The translations under genes and the position numbers were made by a program. The notes beneath the pieces are model-generated. The model had not been told where the DNA came from and did no database searches. It saw only the letters and a list, made by a program, of their open reading frames with translations. Shown in pieces: positions 36,945 to 48,488 of a stretch of 64,000 nt of DNA. This DNA is from Escherichia coli (lineage in GTDB: Bacteria; Pseudomonadota; Gammaproteobacteria; Enterobacterales; Enterobacteriaceae), in the NCBI RefSeq assembly GCF_046105845.1, contig NZ_CP151004.1; one strand, 5' to 3'. Positions within the stretch are counted from its first letter, which is position 1, and each line of letters opens with the position of its first letter.

Positions 36945-38291
36945 TCAGAACGCGTAGTTAAAGTTAGTACCGAACAGCCAGGCTTTACCTTCAGACTCGA
37001 AGGAATAAGCTGCCGGTCCTTCACCTTCAGTAAACTTCACTTTCTGACCATGCATATAAGATGCGCCAACGTCAATGGATGCATCTTCATTAAATGCGTA
37101 GGTTAACCCAGCACTTAACCACAAGCGATCCTGGTCAGGAATGGAAATAGAACGTTTATCTGCCGGAACTGGGCTATCGTCATAGGCGATACCGGTACGG
37201 AAGGTCCAGTTTTTATCGTAATAGTAGGTTGTGCCCAACGCGATACGATATGCGTCACGGAATCCTTCATCTTTATAGAACAGAGTCTGGCCACTATCGC
37301 CTTTCGCTTTCAACTCCTGGAACTGGCTCCAACTGGTATAGGCCATGCTGTAGTGAATTGCCCACTGCGGCGCAACACGGTTATAACCAGAAATCTCCCA
37401 CATCTCAGGCAGGTTGAGCGTCAGGGAGCCATTTTGTGTTGCACCCATCGTGCCATACGGTAAGCCCATGCTACCCAAAATATTGTTCAGATTTGGGTTA
37501 ATGGAACTTTTGTAATCCCCTTCGAAGTCGATTTTAACTTCTGAACGATATGTCAGGCCCCAACGGTTATCTTTATCCAGTTCATAAAGAATACCCGCGT
37601 TCCAGCCGAAGCCCCATTCGTCACCTTTCAGATGGGCAATTTGAGAGTCCGGAGTATTAATACCATTGGTTAATGAAGCGGGTACACCCCGGGCAATCAA
37701 CTGCTGAGACAACATAGGCCCCAGCGAACCGGCGTAACGCTCAATTTTTGCTTTGGCGTAAACCGCATCAAAACCAAGACCAAAACTCCAGCTATTGTTA
37801 AGGCGATAAGCCCCGCTAAGGTTAAGGTTGATTGTCTGCAGATCGGTTTTACCGCCATAGATACCAGCAGCGTAGTTGTCGGTAAATTCCGTAGCCAGGC
37901 CGTAGTTGGAAGTTATTGACGCTCCCCAACCAAACTGATCGTTGATAGGCGCGACAAAGTGCAGGTTAGGTACCCACGCTGTCGGTGCGATATTTTTAGC
38001 ATTTGCACTCTGACCGGTTAAATCAGAATGTCCGGTAATATCTACATCCGGATCAATATAAACCGCACCCGCAGAAAATGTCGGGCGGTCAAACATGGTA
38101 ATCAATGCGGGGTTACGGCTAACGTTACCTGCATCATCGGCAATTGCGCCTTCCCCTGAATAAGCCCGGCCCAGGCCAGAGGAAGAAAATTCGTTTAACT
38201 GAAAGCCTGCCGACCAGACCTGGGTGGAGATAAGTGCCACTGCGACTGCGAGAGCAGACTTTGTAAACAGGGTTTTCTGGCTCATGACCAT
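36945..38291 (-). CDS. fadL: Long-chain fatty acid outer-membrane transporter FadL (divergent allele)
   Basis: 448 aa. N-terminus [24 protein letters not shown] and C-terminus [14 protein letters not shown] as in K-12 FadL. The central loops differ. Confidence 0.95.
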   Translation of the reverse strand: MVMSQKTLFTKSALAVAVALISTQVWSAGFQLNEFSSSGLGRAYSGEGAIADDAGNVSRNPALITMFDRPTFSAGAVYIDPDVDITGHSDLTGQSANAKNIAPTAWVPNLHFVAPINDQFGWGASITSNYGLATEFTDNYAAGIYGGKTDLQTINLNLSGAYRLNNSWSFGLGFDAVYAKAKIERYAGSLGPMLSQQLIARGVPASLTNGINTPDSQIAHLKGDEWGFGWNAGILYELDKDNRWGLTYRSEVKIDFEGDYKSSINPNLNNILGSMGLPYGTMGATQNGSLTLNLPEMWEISGYNRVAPQWAIHYSMAYTSWSQFQELKAKGDSGQTLFYKDEGFRDAYRIALGTTYYYDKNWTFRTGIAYDDSPVPADKRSISIPDQDRLWLSAGLTYAFNEDASIDVGASYMHGQKVKFTEGEGPAAYSFESEGKAWLFGTNFNYAF

Positions 38292-38370
38292 AACCTCAAT
38301 GATTTATTTTTATACAAACTATGTTACGTGCTGTAACAGGAGCGCGAAGTGTAGGGTCTGAGGTACATCT

Positions 38371-38411
38371 TAGAAATCAGACCAGTGGCGAGAGTATAGG
38401 TCGGACCAGCT
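38371..38411. promoter_or_regulatory. Two FadR operators in the fadL promoter
   Basis: Reverse complements read AGCTGGTCCGACCTATA (38395-38411) and CACTGGTCTGATTTCTA (38371-38387), matching the FadR consensus (ANCTGGTCNGACCTGTT). Confidence 0.75.
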
Positions 38412-38656
38412 GGAATGTTGCAAGTATGTTTCTATCTTTTTTCAAATATGATCTAAGAAACGCGATCCAGCTGGCAAAATTTGGAGGTGGCGCACTCATG
38501 GATTCGGGTGAATTTTGTCTTAGATCATTTTTAAGTGTGATTTCGGTCACTTATCCGATTTTGCAGAATTAACAACTGGAGCAGCACTTTCCGGAAGCGT
38601 AAAATATCCACAACGTTTATCTGGCACCTTGGGTGCACATACAGAGGAAATCAACG

Positions 38657-38941
38657 ATGAGTAAATGTAGTGCTGATGAAACCCCGGTTTGCTGCTGTAT
38701 GGATGTTGGCACCATTATGGACAACTCCGACTGCACCGCGTCTTACAGCCGCGTGTTTGCAAACCGCGCAGAAGCAGAACAAACGCTGGCGGCGCTGACT
38801 GAAAAAGCCCGTAGCGTGGAATCCGAACCGTGCAAAATCACCCCGACTTTCACTGAAGAGTCTGACGGTGTGCGCCTGGATATCGATTTCACTTTTGCCT
38901 GCGAAGCTGAAATGCTGATCTTCCAGCTGGGTCTGCGTTAA
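38657..38941 (+). CDS. yfcZ: YfcZ (UPF0381 family)
   Basis: 94 aa from MSKCSADETPVCCCMDVGTIMDNSDC. Matches remembered K-12 YfcZ. Confidence 0.9.
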   Translation: MSKCSADETPVCCCMDVGTIMDNSDCTASYSRVFANRAEAEQTLAALTEKARSVESEPCKITPTFTEESDGVRLDIDFTFACEAEMLIFQLGLR

Positions 38942-38959
38942 TTCCTCTCGGGTACGTAT

Positions 38960-38994
38960 GCCCCTGTCAGTTGTTGGCAGGGGCGTTTTATTTT
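38960..38994 (+). terminator. yfcZ terminator
   Basis: GCCCCTG-loop-CAGGGGC followed by GTTTTATTTT. Confidence 0.8.
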
Positions 38995-39077
38995 CTTTCT
39001 CCTGTCTTCACTGTGTCATAGCTCCCACTTTCCTTTTTCTCCGCTTGGCTAAATGTAAAAAAATGGTTAAGAATATG

Positions 39078-39094
39078 ATCAGGTCAGACCACTT
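39078..39094. promoter_or_regulatory. FadR operator upstream of fadIJ
   Basis: ATCAGGTCAGACCACTT fits the FadR consensus. It lies 27 nt upstream of the fadI ATG region. Confidence 0.65.
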
Positions 39095-39120
39095 TATATC
39101 TTTTTTTACAGGGGAGTGTT

Positions 39121-40431
39121 ATGGGTCAGGTTTTACCGCTGGTTACCCGCCAGGGCGATCGTATCGCCATTGTTAGCGGTTTACGTACGCCTTTTGCCCG
39201 CCAGGCGACGGCTTTTCATGGCATTCCCGCGGTTGATTTAGGGAAGATGGTGGTAGGCGAACTACTGGCACGCAGCGAAATTCCCGCCGAAGTGATTGAA
39301 CAACTGGTCTTTGGTCAGGTCGTACAAATGCCGGAAGCCCCCAACATTGCGCGTGAAATTGTTCTCGGTACTGGAATGAATGTGCATACCGATGCTTACA
39401 GCGTCAGCCGCGCTTGCGCTACCAGTTTCCAGGCGGTTGCAAACGTCGCAGAAAGCCTGATGGCGGGAACTATTCGCGCGGGGATTGCCGGTGGGGCCGA
39501 TTCCTCTTCCGTATTGCCAATTGGCGTCAGTAAAAAACTGGCGCGCGTGCTGGTTGATGTCAACAAAGCTCGAACCATGAGCCAGCGCCTGAAACTCTTC
39601 TCTCGCCTGCGTTTGCGCGACTTAATGCCGGTGCCTCCGGCAGTGGCGGAATACTCTACTGGCTTGCGGATGGGCGACACCGCTGAACAAATGGCGAAAA
39701 CCTACGGTATTACTCGCGAACAGCAAGATGCATTAGCGCACCGTTCGCATCAGCGAGCCGCTCAGGCGTGGTCAGACGGTAAACTCAAAGAAGAGGTGAT
39801 GACTGCCTTTATCCCTCCTTATAAACAACCGCTTGCCGAAGACAACAATATTCGCGGTAATTCCTCGCTTGCTGATTACGCAAAGTTGCGTCCGGCGTTT
39901 GATCGTAAACACGGGACGGTAACGGCAGCAAACAGTACGCCGCTGACCGATGGCGCAGCGGCGGTGATCCTGATGACCGAATCGCGGGCGAAAGAATTAG
40001 GGCTGGTACCGCTGGGGTATCTGCGCAGTTACGCATTTACTGCGATAGATGTCTGGCAGGACATGTTGCTCGGTCCGGCCTGGTCAACGCCGCTGGCGCT
40101 GGAACGTGCCGGTTTGACAATGAGCGATCTGACATTGCTCGATATGCACGAAGCCTTTGCAGCTCAGACACTGGCGAATATTCAGTTGCTGGGTAGTGAA
40201 CGTTTTGCTCGTGATGTACTGGGGCGTGCACATGCCACTGGCGAAGTGGACGATAGCAAATTTAACGTGCTTGGCGGTTCGATTGCTTACGGGCATCCCT
40301 TCGCGGCGACCGGCGCACGGATGATTACCCAGACATTGCATGAACTTCGCCGTCGCGGCGGTGGATTTGGTTTAGTTACCGCCTGTGCTGCCGGTGGGCT
40401 TGGCGCGGCAATGGTTGTGGAGGCGGAATAA
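39121..40431 (+). CDS. fadI: 3-ketoacyl-CoA thiolase FadI
   Basis: 436 aa, thiolase motifs. Synteny with fadJ. Confidence 0.95.
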   Translation: MGQVLPLVTRQGDRIAIVSGLRTPFARQATAFHGIPAVDLGKMVVGELLARSEIPAEVIEQLVFGQVVQMPEAPNIAREIVLGTGMNVHTDAYSVSRACATSFQAVANVAESLMAGTIRAGIAGGADSSSVLPIGVSKKLARVLVDVNKARTMSQRLKLFSRLRLRDLMPVPPAVAEYSTGLRMGDTAEQMAKTYGITREQQDALAHRSHQRAAQAWSDGKLKEEVMTAFIPPYKQPLAEDNNIRGNSSLADYAKLRPAFDRKHGTVTAANSTPLTDGAAAVILMTESRAKELGLVPLGYLRSYAFTAIDVWQDMLLGPAWSTPLALERAGLTMSDLTLLDMHEAFAAQTLANIQLLGSERFARDVLGRAHATGEVDDSKFNVLGGSIAYGHPFAATGARMITQTLHELRRRGGGFGLVTACAAGGLGAAMVVEAE

Positions 40432-42575
40432 TGGAAATGGCATCAGCGTTTACCCTTAATGTCCGTCTGGACAACATTGCTGTTATCACCATCGACGTAC
40501 CGGGTGAGAAAATGAATACCCTGAAGGCGGAGTTTGCCTCGCAGGTGCGCGCCATTATTAAGCAACTCCGTGAAAACAAAGAGTTACGTGGCGTGGTGTT
40601 TATCTCCGCGAAACCAGACAACTTCATTGCTGGCGCAGACATCAACATGATCGCCAACTGCAAAACGGCGCAAGAAGCGGAAGCACTGGCGCGGCAGGGT
40701 CAACAGTTAATGGCGGAGATTCATGCTTTGCCCGTTCCGGTTATCGCGGCTATTCATGGCGCTTGCCTGGGCGGTGGGCTGGAGTTGGCGCTGGCGTGCC
40801 ACGGTCGCATGTGTACTGACGATCCTAAAACGGTGCTCGGTTTGCCTGAAGTACAACTTGGATTATTACCCGGTTCAGGCGGCACCCAGCGTTTACCGCG
40901 TCTGATAGGCGTCAGCACAGCATTAGAGATGATCCTCACCGGAAAACAACTTCGGGCGAAACAGGCATTAAAGCTGGGGCTGGTGGATGACGTTGTTCCG
41001 CAATCCATTTTACTGGAAGCCGCTGTTGAGCTGGCGAAGAAGGATCGCCCATCTTCCCGCCCTCTACCTGTACGCGAGCGTATTCTGGCGGGGCCGTTAG
41101 GTCGTGCGCTGCTGTTCAAAATGGTCGGCAAGAAAACAGAACACAAAACTCAGGGTAACTATCCGGCGACAGAACGCATCCTGGAGGTTGTCGAAACGGG
41201 ATTAGCGCAGGGCACCAGTAGCGGCTATGACGCTGAAGCCCGTGCTTTTGGCGAACTGGCGATGACGCCGCAATCGCAGGCGCTGCGTAGTATCTTTTTT
41301 GCCAGTACGGAAGTGAAGAAAGATCCTGGCAGTGATGCGCCGCCTGCGCCATTAAACAGCGTGGGAATTTTAGGTGGTGGCTTGATGGGCGGCGGTATTG
41401 CTTACGTCACTGCTTGTAAAGCGGGGCTTCCGGTCAGAATTAAAGATATTAACCCGCAGGGCATAAATCATGCGCTGAAGTACAGTTGGGATCAGCTGGA
41501 GGGCAAAGTTCGCCGTCGTCATCTCAAAGCCAGCGAACGTGACAGACAGCTGGCATTAATCTCCGGAACGACGGACTATCGCGGCTTTGCCCATCGCGAT
41601 CTGATTATTGAAGCGGTGTTTGAAAATCTCGAATTAAAACAACAAATGGTGGCGGAAGTTGAGCAAAATTGCGCCGCTCATACCATCTTTGCTTCGAATA
41701 CGTCATCTTTACCGATTGGTGATATCGCCGCTCACGCTACGCGACCTGAGCAAGTTATTGGCCTGCATTTCTTCAGTCCGGTGGAAAAAATGCCGCTGGT
41801 GGAGATTATTCCTCATGCGGGGACATCGGCGCAAACCATCGCTACCACAGTAAAACTGGCGAAAAAACAGGGTAAAACGCCCATTGTCGTGCGTGACAAA
41901 GCCGGGTTTTACGTCAATCGCATTTTAGCGCCTTACATTAATGAAGCTATCCGCATGTTGACCGAAGGTGAACGGGTAGAGCACATTGATGCCGCGCTGG
42001 TGAAATTTGGTTTTCCGGTAGGCCCAATCCAACTTTTGGATGAGGTAGGAATCGACACCGGGACTAAAATTATTCCTGTACTGGAAGCCGCTTATGGAGA
42101 ACGTTTTAGCGCGCCTGCAAATGTTGTTTCTTCAATTTTGAACGACGATCGCAAAGGCAGAAAAAATGGTCGGGGTTTCTATCTTTATGGTCAGAAAGGG
42201 CGTAAAAGCAAAAAACAGGTCGATCCCGCCATTTACCCGCTGATTGGCACACAAGGGCAGGGGCGACTCTCCGCACCGCAGGTAGCTGAACGGTGTGTGA
42301 TGTTGATGCTGAATGAAGCAGTACGTTGTCTGGACGAGCAGGTTATCCGTAGCGTGCGTGACGGAGATATTGGCGCGGTATTTGGCATTGGTTTTCCGCC
42401 ATTTCTCGGTGGTCCGTTCCGCTACATCGATTCTCTCGGTGCGGGTGAAGTGGTTGCAATCATGCAACGACTGGCCACGCAGTATGGTTCCCGTTTTACC
42501 CCTTGCGAGCGTTTAGTCGAGATGAGCAAGCGTGGGGAAAGTTTTTGGAAAACAACTGCAACTGACCTGCAATAA
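40431..42575 (+). CDS. fadJ: Fatty-acid oxidation complex alpha subunit FadJ
   Basis: 714 aa with enoyl-CoA hydratase and 3-hydroxyacyl-CoA dehydrogenase domains. TAATG overlap with fadI. Confidence 0.95.
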   Translation: MEMASAFTLNVRLDNIAVITIDVPGEKMNTLKAEFASQVRAIIKQLRENKELRGVVFISAKPDNFIAGADINMIANCKTAQEAEALARQGQQLMAEIHALPVPVIAAIHGACLGGGLELALACHGRMCTDDPKTVLGLPEVQLGLLPGSGGTQRLPRLIGVSTALEMILTGKQLRAKQALKLGLVDDVVPQSILLEAAVELAKKDRPSSRPLPVRERILAGPLGRALLFKMVGKKTEHKTQGNYPATERILEVVETGLAQGTSSGYDAEARAFGELAMTPQSQALRSIFFASTEVKKDPGSDAPPAPLNSVGILGGGLMGGGIAYVTACKAGLPVRIKDINPQGINHALKYSWDQLEGKVRRRHLKASERDRQLALISGTTDYRGFAHRDLIIEAVFENLELKQQMVAEVEQNCAAHTIFASNTSSLPIGDIAAHATRPEQVIGLHFFSPVEKMPLVEIIPHAGTSAQTIATTVKLAKKQGKTPIVVRDKAGFYVNRILAPYINEAIRMLTEGERVEHIDAALVKFGFPVGPIQLLDEVGIDTGTKIIPVLEAAYGERFSAPANVVSSILNDDRKGRKNGRGFYLYGQKGRKSKKQVDPAIYPLIGTQGQGRLSAPQVAERCVMLMLNEAVRCLDEQVIRSVRDGDIGAVFGIGFPPFLGGPFRYIDSLGAGEVVAIMQRLATQYGSRFTPCERLVEMSKRGESFWKTTATDLQ

Positions 42576-42711
42576 GAAGGTCAAAGCTATATGAATCCGC
42601 GCTGAATGGCGGAGTGTTGCTCAAAATGTAAACGCATATTGACTATACTTACGCCATTGAGGTAAAAAACAGCGTTTCATTCGGTGAATGGATAAGGCAC
42701 AATGCCGGCCA

Positions 42712-42748
42712 CCGTTTTCTTTCTCTGGTTTCAGATGAAAGAAAACGG
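42712..42748 (+). other. Perfect 12-bp-stem hairpin upstream of sixA
   Basis: CCGTTTTCTTTC-(13 nt)-GAAAGAAAACGG. No flanking U-run on either strand. It ends 30 nt before the sixA ATG. Confidence 0.5.
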
Positions 42749-42777
42749 GCGAATCTGGTTAACAAAAGCGGTGCAAT

Positions 42778-43263
42778 ATGCAAGTTTTTATCATGCGTCA
42801 CGGCGACGCAGCCCTCGATGCCGCCAGTGATTCGGTTCGTCCTCTGACTACTAACGGTTGTGACGAATCTCGCCTGATGGCGAACTGGCTGAAAGGTCAA
42901 AAAGTGGAAATCGAACGCGTTCTGGTGAGCCCGTTCCTGCGAGCCGAGCAAACACTGGAAGAAGTAGGGGATTGTCTGAACCTGCCTTCCAGTGCAGAAG
43001 TTCTGCCGGAGTTAACACCCTGCGGCGATGTTGGTCTGGTCAGTGCCTATTTGCAGGCGTTGACCAATGAAGGTGTTGCTTCGGTACTGGTGATCTCCCA
43101 CTTACCCTTAGTCGGGTATCTGGTTGCCGAGTTATGTCCGGGCGAAACGCCGCCTATGTTTACCACCTCGGCCATTGCCAGCGTAACGCTTGATGAAAGC
43201 GGAAACGGCACATTCAATTGGCAGATGAGCCCATGTAATCTGAAGATGGCAAAAGCGATTTAA
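42778..43263 (+). CDS. sixA: Phosphohistidine phosphatase SixA
   Basis: 161 aa, MQVFIMRHGDAAL (RHG motif). Confidence 0.95.
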   Translation: MQVFIMRHGDAALDAASDSVRPLTTNGCDESRLMANWLKGQKVEIERVLVSPFLRAEQTLEEVGDCLNLPSSAEVLPELTPCGDVGLVSAYLQALTNEGVASVLVISHLPLVGYLVAELCPGETPPMFTTSAIASVTLDESGNGTFNWQMSPCNLKMAKAI

Positions 43264-43275
43264 TACGCATGCACA

Positions 43276-43313
43276 AGGCCCGCTGGTGTAATCTATCGGG
43301 CCTTTATTTTTTT
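43276..43313 (+). terminator. sixA terminator
   Basis: AGGCCCG-loop-CGGGCCT followed by TTATTTTTTT. Confidence 0.8.
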
Positions 43314-43925
43314 CTGGCAATGTTGAATTTATGCAATCTTATTGTACTAACAATGATCCGCTTGTGATCGAATGGTCTTTATTTTATACGGCATGACGCT
43401 TTTATTTGTAAAAATTTACATATTGAAAGAGAATTTACTTTTATTCATAAATTATTTTTCTGGAAGCATTTTTAGGTAAATAATGACTAAAGTGAAAAAT
43501 ATTATTGGGTCTTGATTTTATATTAATTATAGTGTTTTAATATTATATCGTTGCGAAATTAATATCACAAGATAGTCATTGCCATGTGATTGTTTTTGAC
43601 TTTGATTTATTCACTGAATTTTTGCATTTGCCGTTTTTTTGAACTCATTCTTCATAACTGAGATGAAAAATTTCAGTAATTATTATTCCTGTCTATTAAT
43701 TAAGTATTTCTAACTTTGAATGTTAGAAAATCTAAATTGCGTCAGTCATATTAAAATATCAATATGTTCGGCACGCCAAAGAATATTGATTCAAGGGACC
43801 TGTTTTTTCAGGATCTGAAAATATGTTCATTGGCTGGTTAAAAGTCGCTGCAAAAAATTGAAGAAGCTCTGTGTCAATATTTCAGTTGGCTTATATTCTA
43901 ATTATTTATGATTTAAGGACAAATA

Positions 43926-44492
43926 ATGAGTAAGTTTGTAAAAGCAGCAGTTGCCACGGCAATGCTCATGGGGGCGCTGACTTCAGCATCAGTCGTTGCC
44001 GCAGGGAACAACGGTACAGTGAGATTTTACGGCACAATTGAAGACTCCCCGTGCTCAATTGTTCCTGACGATCATAAACTGGAAGTGGATATGGGCAGCA
44101 TCGGTACGGGTTCTTTAACCGGCGGCAAAACAACCACACCAAAAGATTTCCAGATTCGTTTACAGGACTGTAATTTCAATACAGAAATGACAATGGCTAC
44201 CACATTCACCGGTAATCCGTACTCCACTAACGCAGATAACTATTCTCTGTCTAACATGGATAATGGAACTGAAATTCCAAACGTTAGCCTGGTTATCGGT
44301 GACCAGCACGGTACAGGTTATGCTCTGGGAGCAGAGATTAAGCAACCTATCGTGAAGGACAGTTCAACGGGAAAAGGCAAGCCTAAACAAACTCTGAACT
44401 TTAAAGCATGGTTAGTGGGTGAAACGGATGCTGTAACACCAACACCGGCACCGTTTGAAACGCTGACGACGTTCCAGATCACGTATCTCTAA
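43926..44492 (+). CDS. yfcV: Chaperone-usher fimbria major subunit YfcV
   Basis: 188 aa, signal peptide, fimbrial subunit C-terminal strand TTFQITYL. Lies next to sixA. Confidence 0.85.
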   Translation: MSKFVKAAVATAMLMGALTSASVVAAGNNGTVRFYGTIEDSPCSIVPDDHKLEVDMGSIGTGSLTGGKTTTPKDFQIRLQDCNFNTEMTMATTFTGNPYSTNADNYSLSNMDNGTEIPNVSLVIGDQHGTGYALGAEIKQPIVKDSSTGKGKPKQTLNFKAWLVGETDAVTPTPAPFETLTTFQITYL

Positions 44493-44563
44493 TGTATTTC
44501 CCCCATAGCTGCAAAGTTATGGGGTTTATAACTACCAAATAACTAAATTATAAAAAATCATGG

Positions 44564-47212
44564 ATGGATACGCCGATGCCAGAACATTCTTTTCTCCGTT
44601 TACGGGGGCTTTCGTGGTGGATTGCTCTGGCAATTTCTGGAAGTCCATTTAATGCCCTGGCAGACGATACCATTCAGTTTGATGGCCGATTTCTTGATTT
44701 AAAAGGCAATACCAAAATTGATTTGGGCCGTTTTTCGCAAAAAGGCTATGTAGAACCGGGAAAATATAACTTACGCGTTCATGTAAATAATCAGCCGTTA
44801 CCTGACGACTACGATATCTACTGGTACGCAACTGAAAACGATCCGAATAAATCATATGCCTGCTTATCGCCAGAGCTGGTTGCCCAGTTTGGTCTGAAGG
44901 AAGATATTGCAAAGAATTTGCAATGGATCCGCGATGGTCAGTGTCTGAATACGGCACTTTTAGCAGGTACAGAAATTAGCGGCGATTTAGGCCAGTCTGC
45001 ACTCCTTGTTTCTGTACCGCAGGCTTATCTGGAATATACCGACAGCGAGTGGGACCCGCCTTCGCGCTGGGATGACGGTATCCCTGGGCTTATTGCCGAT
45101 TACAGTATCAACGCGCAAACCCGACATGAAAATGGGGGTGATGACACTAACGACATCAGCGGTAATGGTACGGTCGGCGTTAACGTTGGGCCGTGGCGCT
45201 TACGAGCTGACTGGCAGAGCGATTATCAGCATACCCGCAGTAACGATGACGGCGACACTGACGATAGCGGTACGCAAAAAAACTGGGAGTGGAGCCGTTA
45301 CTACGCCTGGCGCGCCTTGCCGTCATTAAAAGCCAAACTTTCGCTGGGCGAAGATTACCTCAACTCCGATATTTTTGATGGCTTCAGTTACATTGGCGGC
45401 AGCATCAGTACCGATGATCAAATGTTACCGCCAAACCTGCGCGGCTACGCACCCGATATTTCAGGTGTTGCACACACTACCGCTAAAGTGACCGTAACCC
45501 AAATGGGCCGTGTCATTTACGAAACCCAGGTGCCCGCAGGGCCATTCCGCATTCAGGATATTGGCGATTCCGTCTCTGGCACGCTGCATGTCCGCATTGA
45601 AGAACAAAACGGCCAGGTACAAGAATACGACGTCAGCACGGCGTCCATGCCGTTCCTGACTCGCCCCGGCCAGGTGCGTTACAAAGTGACAATGGGGCGT
45701 CCACAAAACTGGGACCATCAGGTTGCAGGTAGCTTCTTCTCGGGCGGCGAGGCATCGTGGGGGATTGCCAATGGCTGGTCGCTCTACGGCGGTGCGTTAG
45801 CCGATGAAAACTACCAGTCGGCGGCGCTGGGCCTCGGTCGTGACCTGGCGCTGCTAGGCGCGTTAGCGTTTGATGTCACTCACTCTCGTGTTCAACTCGA
45901 CGATAACAGCGTGTATGGCAACAAAACGCTGGACGGCAACTCTTATCGCGTCAGCTATGCCAAAGATTTTGATGAACTCAACAGTCGGGTGACGTTTGCT
46001 GGATACCGCTTCTCTGAAAAAAACTACATGACCATGAGCGAGTATCTGGATGCGAACGACGACCGGGCGCGCACCGGTAACGACAAAGAGATGTATACGG
46101 TCACCTATAACCAGAACTTCACGGATGCGCGCGTTTCGGTCTATCTCAACTATTCCCACCATACCTACTGGGATCGCCAGGATCAGACCAACTACAACAT
46201 GATGCTTTCTCATTATTTCAATTTAGGAAGCCTTCGCAACCTGAGCGTTTCTCTGACCGGTTATCGCTACGAATACGATAAAAGTGCCGACAAGGGGGTT
46301 TATCTGTCCTTAAGTTTGCCGTGGGGCGACAACAGCACCATCAGTTACAACGGCAACTATGGCAGCGGTGCTGACAGCAACCAAGTGAGCCTGTATCACC
46401 GCATTGATGACGCCAGCCACTACACGGTAAGCGCCGGAACCAGCGAAAACCACAGCAGCGTGGATGGCTACTACAGCCACGATGGCACTCTGGCAAAAGT
46501 TGATCTCAGTGCCAACTACCATGAAGGGCAATACACCTCAGCAGGGATCTCTTTACAGGGCGGGGCAACGTTGACCGCTCACGGCGGGGCGCTGCATCGT
46601 ACACAAAATATGGGCGGTACACGTCTGTTAATCGACGCTGATGGCGTTGCTAATGTGCCGGTTGAAGGTAATGGTTCCGCCGTTTATACCAACATGTTCG
46701 GCAAAGCGGTGGTGGCAGATGTTAATGATTACTACCGCAACCAGGCTTATATCGATTTGAACAAACTGCCGGAAAACGCCGAAGCCACGAAATCAGTGGT
46801 TCAGGCAACGCTGACGGAAGGCGCTATTGGCTACCGTAAATTTGCGGTAATCAGCGGTGAGAAGGCGATGGCAGTGCTGCGCTTGCAGGATGGCAGCCAT
46901 CCGCCATTTGGGGCGGAAGTGAAAAACGATAATCAACAACAAGTTGGGTTGGTTGATGACGAAGGTAATGTTTATCTGGCAGGCGTTAAACCGGGTGAAC
47001 ATATGACCGTTTCTTGGGAAGGTGAATCTCACTGCGATATTAGCCTGCCAGACCCGTTACCGAATGACCTGTTCAATGGCTTGTTGTTGCCATGCCAGCA
47101 AAAGGGGGGAAGTGCTCCCGTCATACCGCATGATATTCAACCTGTCATTCAGGAGCAGACACAACAGGTGGCACCAATGGAACCGCCGATGTCTGTTTCA
47201 TCGAACCAATAA
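44564..47212 (+). CDS. yfcU: Fimbrial usher YfcU (intact)
   Basis: 882-aa uninterrupted ORF with usher features (N-terminal DDTIQFDGRFL, large beta-barrel). The start may be 44576 (MPEHSF). Confidence 0.85.
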   Translation: MDTPMPEHSFLRLRGLSWWIALAISGSPFNALADDTIQFDGRFLDLKGNTKIDLGRFSQKGYVEPGKYNLRVHVNNQPLPDDYDIYWYATENDPNKSYACLSPELVAQFGLKEDIAKNLQWIRDGQCLNTALLAGTEISGDLGQSALLVSVPQAYLEYTDSEWDPPSRWDDGIPGLIADYSINAQTRHENGGDDTNDISGNGTVGVNVGPWRLRADWQSDYQHTRSNDDGDTDDSGTQKNWEWSRYYAWRALPSLKAKLSLGEDYLNSDIFDGFSYIGGSISTDDQMLPPNLRGYAPDISGVAHTTAKVTVTQMGRVIYETQVPAGPFRIQDIGDSVSGTLHVRIEEQNGQVQEYDVSTASMPFLTRPGQVRYKVTMGRPQNWDHQVAGSFFSGGEASWGIANGWSLYGGALADENYQSAALGLGRDLALLGALAFDVTHSRVQLDDNSVYGNKTLDGNSYRVSYAKDFDELNSRVTFAGYRFSEKNYMTMSEYLDANDDRARTGNDKEMYTVTYNQNFTDARVSVYLNYSHHTYWDRQDQTNYNMMLSHYFNLGSLRNLSVSLTGYRYEYDKSADKGVYLSLSLPWGDNSTISYNGNYGSGADSNQVSLYHRIDDASHYTVSAGTSENHSSVDGYYSHDGTLAKVDLSANYHEGQYTSAGISLQGGATLTAHGGALHRTQNMGGTRLLIDADGVANVPVEGNGSAVYTNMFGKAVVADVNDYYRNQAYIDLNKLPENAEATKSVVQATLTEGAIGYRKFAVISGEKAMAVLRLQDGSHPPFGAEVKNDNQQQVGLVDDEGNVYLAGVKPGEHMTVSWEGESHCDISLPDPLPNDLFNGLLLPCQQKGGSAPVIPHDIQPVIQEQTQQVAPMEPPMSVSSNQ

Positions 47213-47231
47213 CGTGATTAAGGAATGATCC

Positions 47232-47981
47232 ATGACTAAACATCTCTCTGCCAAAACATTGACAACGGTACTGTCGTTACTGGCAGCAACGGTAAGTTTT
47301 TCTGCTCAGGCGTCAGTAACGCCCGATCGTACTCGCCTGATTTTTAATGAAAGCGATAAATCCATCAGCGTGACGCTGCGTAATAACGACCCAAAACTGC
47401 CTTATCTGGCGCAAAGCTGGATTGAAGATGAAAAGGGCGTCAAAATCAGCTCGCCGCTGGCGGTATTGCCGCCCGTACAGCGCATTGATGCAATGATGAA
47501 TGGTCAGGTAAAAATTCAGGGCCTGCCGGATATTCATAAATTACCTGCCGATCGGGAATCGATGTTCTATTTCAACGTGCGCGAAATTCCGCCGAAATCG
47601 AACAAATCCAACACGCTACAAATCGCTCTTCAGACGCGTATCAAACTTTTCTGGCGACCGAAAGCTCTGGAAAAAAACACCACGCAAAAACCGTGGCAGC
47701 ATAAAGTGACCTTAACCCGCAACGGTCAGGAATTTACTGTCAATAACCCGACGCCGTATTACGTCATTTTCAGTAATGCCAGCGCACAGAAAAATGGCAA
47801 TCCGGCAGCCGGTTTCTCGCCAATAGTGATGTCGCCGAAAACCTCTGCACCGCTGAATGTGAAGATGGGTAGCGTACCGGTACTGACCTATGTCAACGAC
47901 TATGGCGCACGGATGCCGCTCTTTTTCACCTGCAACGGCAATAGTTGCCAGGTTGATGAAGAGCAGAGTCGCAAAGGCTGA
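47232..47981 (+). CDS. yfcS: Periplasmic fimbrial chaperone YfcS
   Basis: 249 aa, PapD-like (RLIFNESDKSISVTLRNN...NVREIPP). Confidence 0.9.
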   Translation: MTKHLSAKTLTTVLSLLAATVSFSAQASVTPDRTRLIFNESDKSISVTLRNNDPKLPYLAQSWIEDEKGVKISSPLAVLPPVQRIDAMMNGQVKIQGLPDIHKLPADRESMFYFNVREIPPKSNKSNTLQIALQTRIKLFWRPKALEKNTTQKPWQHKVTLTRNGQEFTVNNPTPYYVIFSNASAQKNGNPAAGFSPIVMSPKTSAPLNVKMGSVPVLTYVNDYGARMPLFFTCNGNSCQVDEEQSRKG

Positions 47982-47996
47982 GGCCGGGAGTGTGAG

Positions 47997-48488
47997 ATGA
48001 AACGACTACTTTTGGCCGGGCTGGGAGGAGTGCTGCTTACGGGCAGTGTTCTTGCCGGTGAAACGAAAAGTGTGCCATTGACATTGCGCGTACTGGTAGA
48101 CCCACCACCTCCTTGTACCGTAAAAGGCAGTAACGTCGATTTTGGTGATGTGATCATCAAAAAAATCAATGGTACTGAATATCGCAAAGATGCAGGTTAT
48201 ACCCTGAACTGTGCCAATAGCCTGAGCGATGACCTTCAGATGCAGTTTAAGGGCACAACCACCACGATCAATGGCGAAACGGTGTTAAGCACGGGAATTA
48301 CCGGGTTTGGCATTCGTATTGAAAATGCAGCAGATAACTCTCTGTTTGCGATTGGCGACAATACCTGGACTCCATTTAGCGTCAGTAGCCAGCCACAACT
48401 CAAAGCAGTGCCAGTCAAACAGGATGGCGTGACGCTGACAGGCGCGCAGTTTAACGCCAGCATGACAATGGTGGTGGATTACCAATGA
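47997..48488 (+). CDS. yfcR: Minor fimbrial subunit YfcR
   Basis: 163 aa, signal peptide, C-terminal MVVDYQ. Operon order supports the call. Confidence 0.75.
   Translation: MKRLLLAGLGGVLLTGSVLAGETKSVPLTLRVLVDPPPPCTVKGSNVDFGDVIIKKINGTEYRKDAGYTLNCANSLSDDLQMQFKGTTTTINGETVLSTGITGFGIRIENAADNSLFAIGDNTWTPFSVSSQPQLKAVPVKQDGVTLTGAQFNASMTMVVDYQ

Noticed and set aside
38321-38572. 83-aa ORF in the fadL-yfcZ intergenic region. Similar cases: 38958-39176 upstream of fadI and 36722-36907 downstream of fadL.
   Set aside because: They cover known promoter/operator DNA (FadR sites) or terminator regions. They lack an RBS and any recognisable protein features.
43314-43925. Possible invertible (fim-like) phase switch upstream of yfcV
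   Set aside because: Only short dyads (7-8 bp) were found by eye. There is no pair of flanking inverted repeats of switch size and no adjacent recombinase gene. It is kept only as part of the yfc finding.
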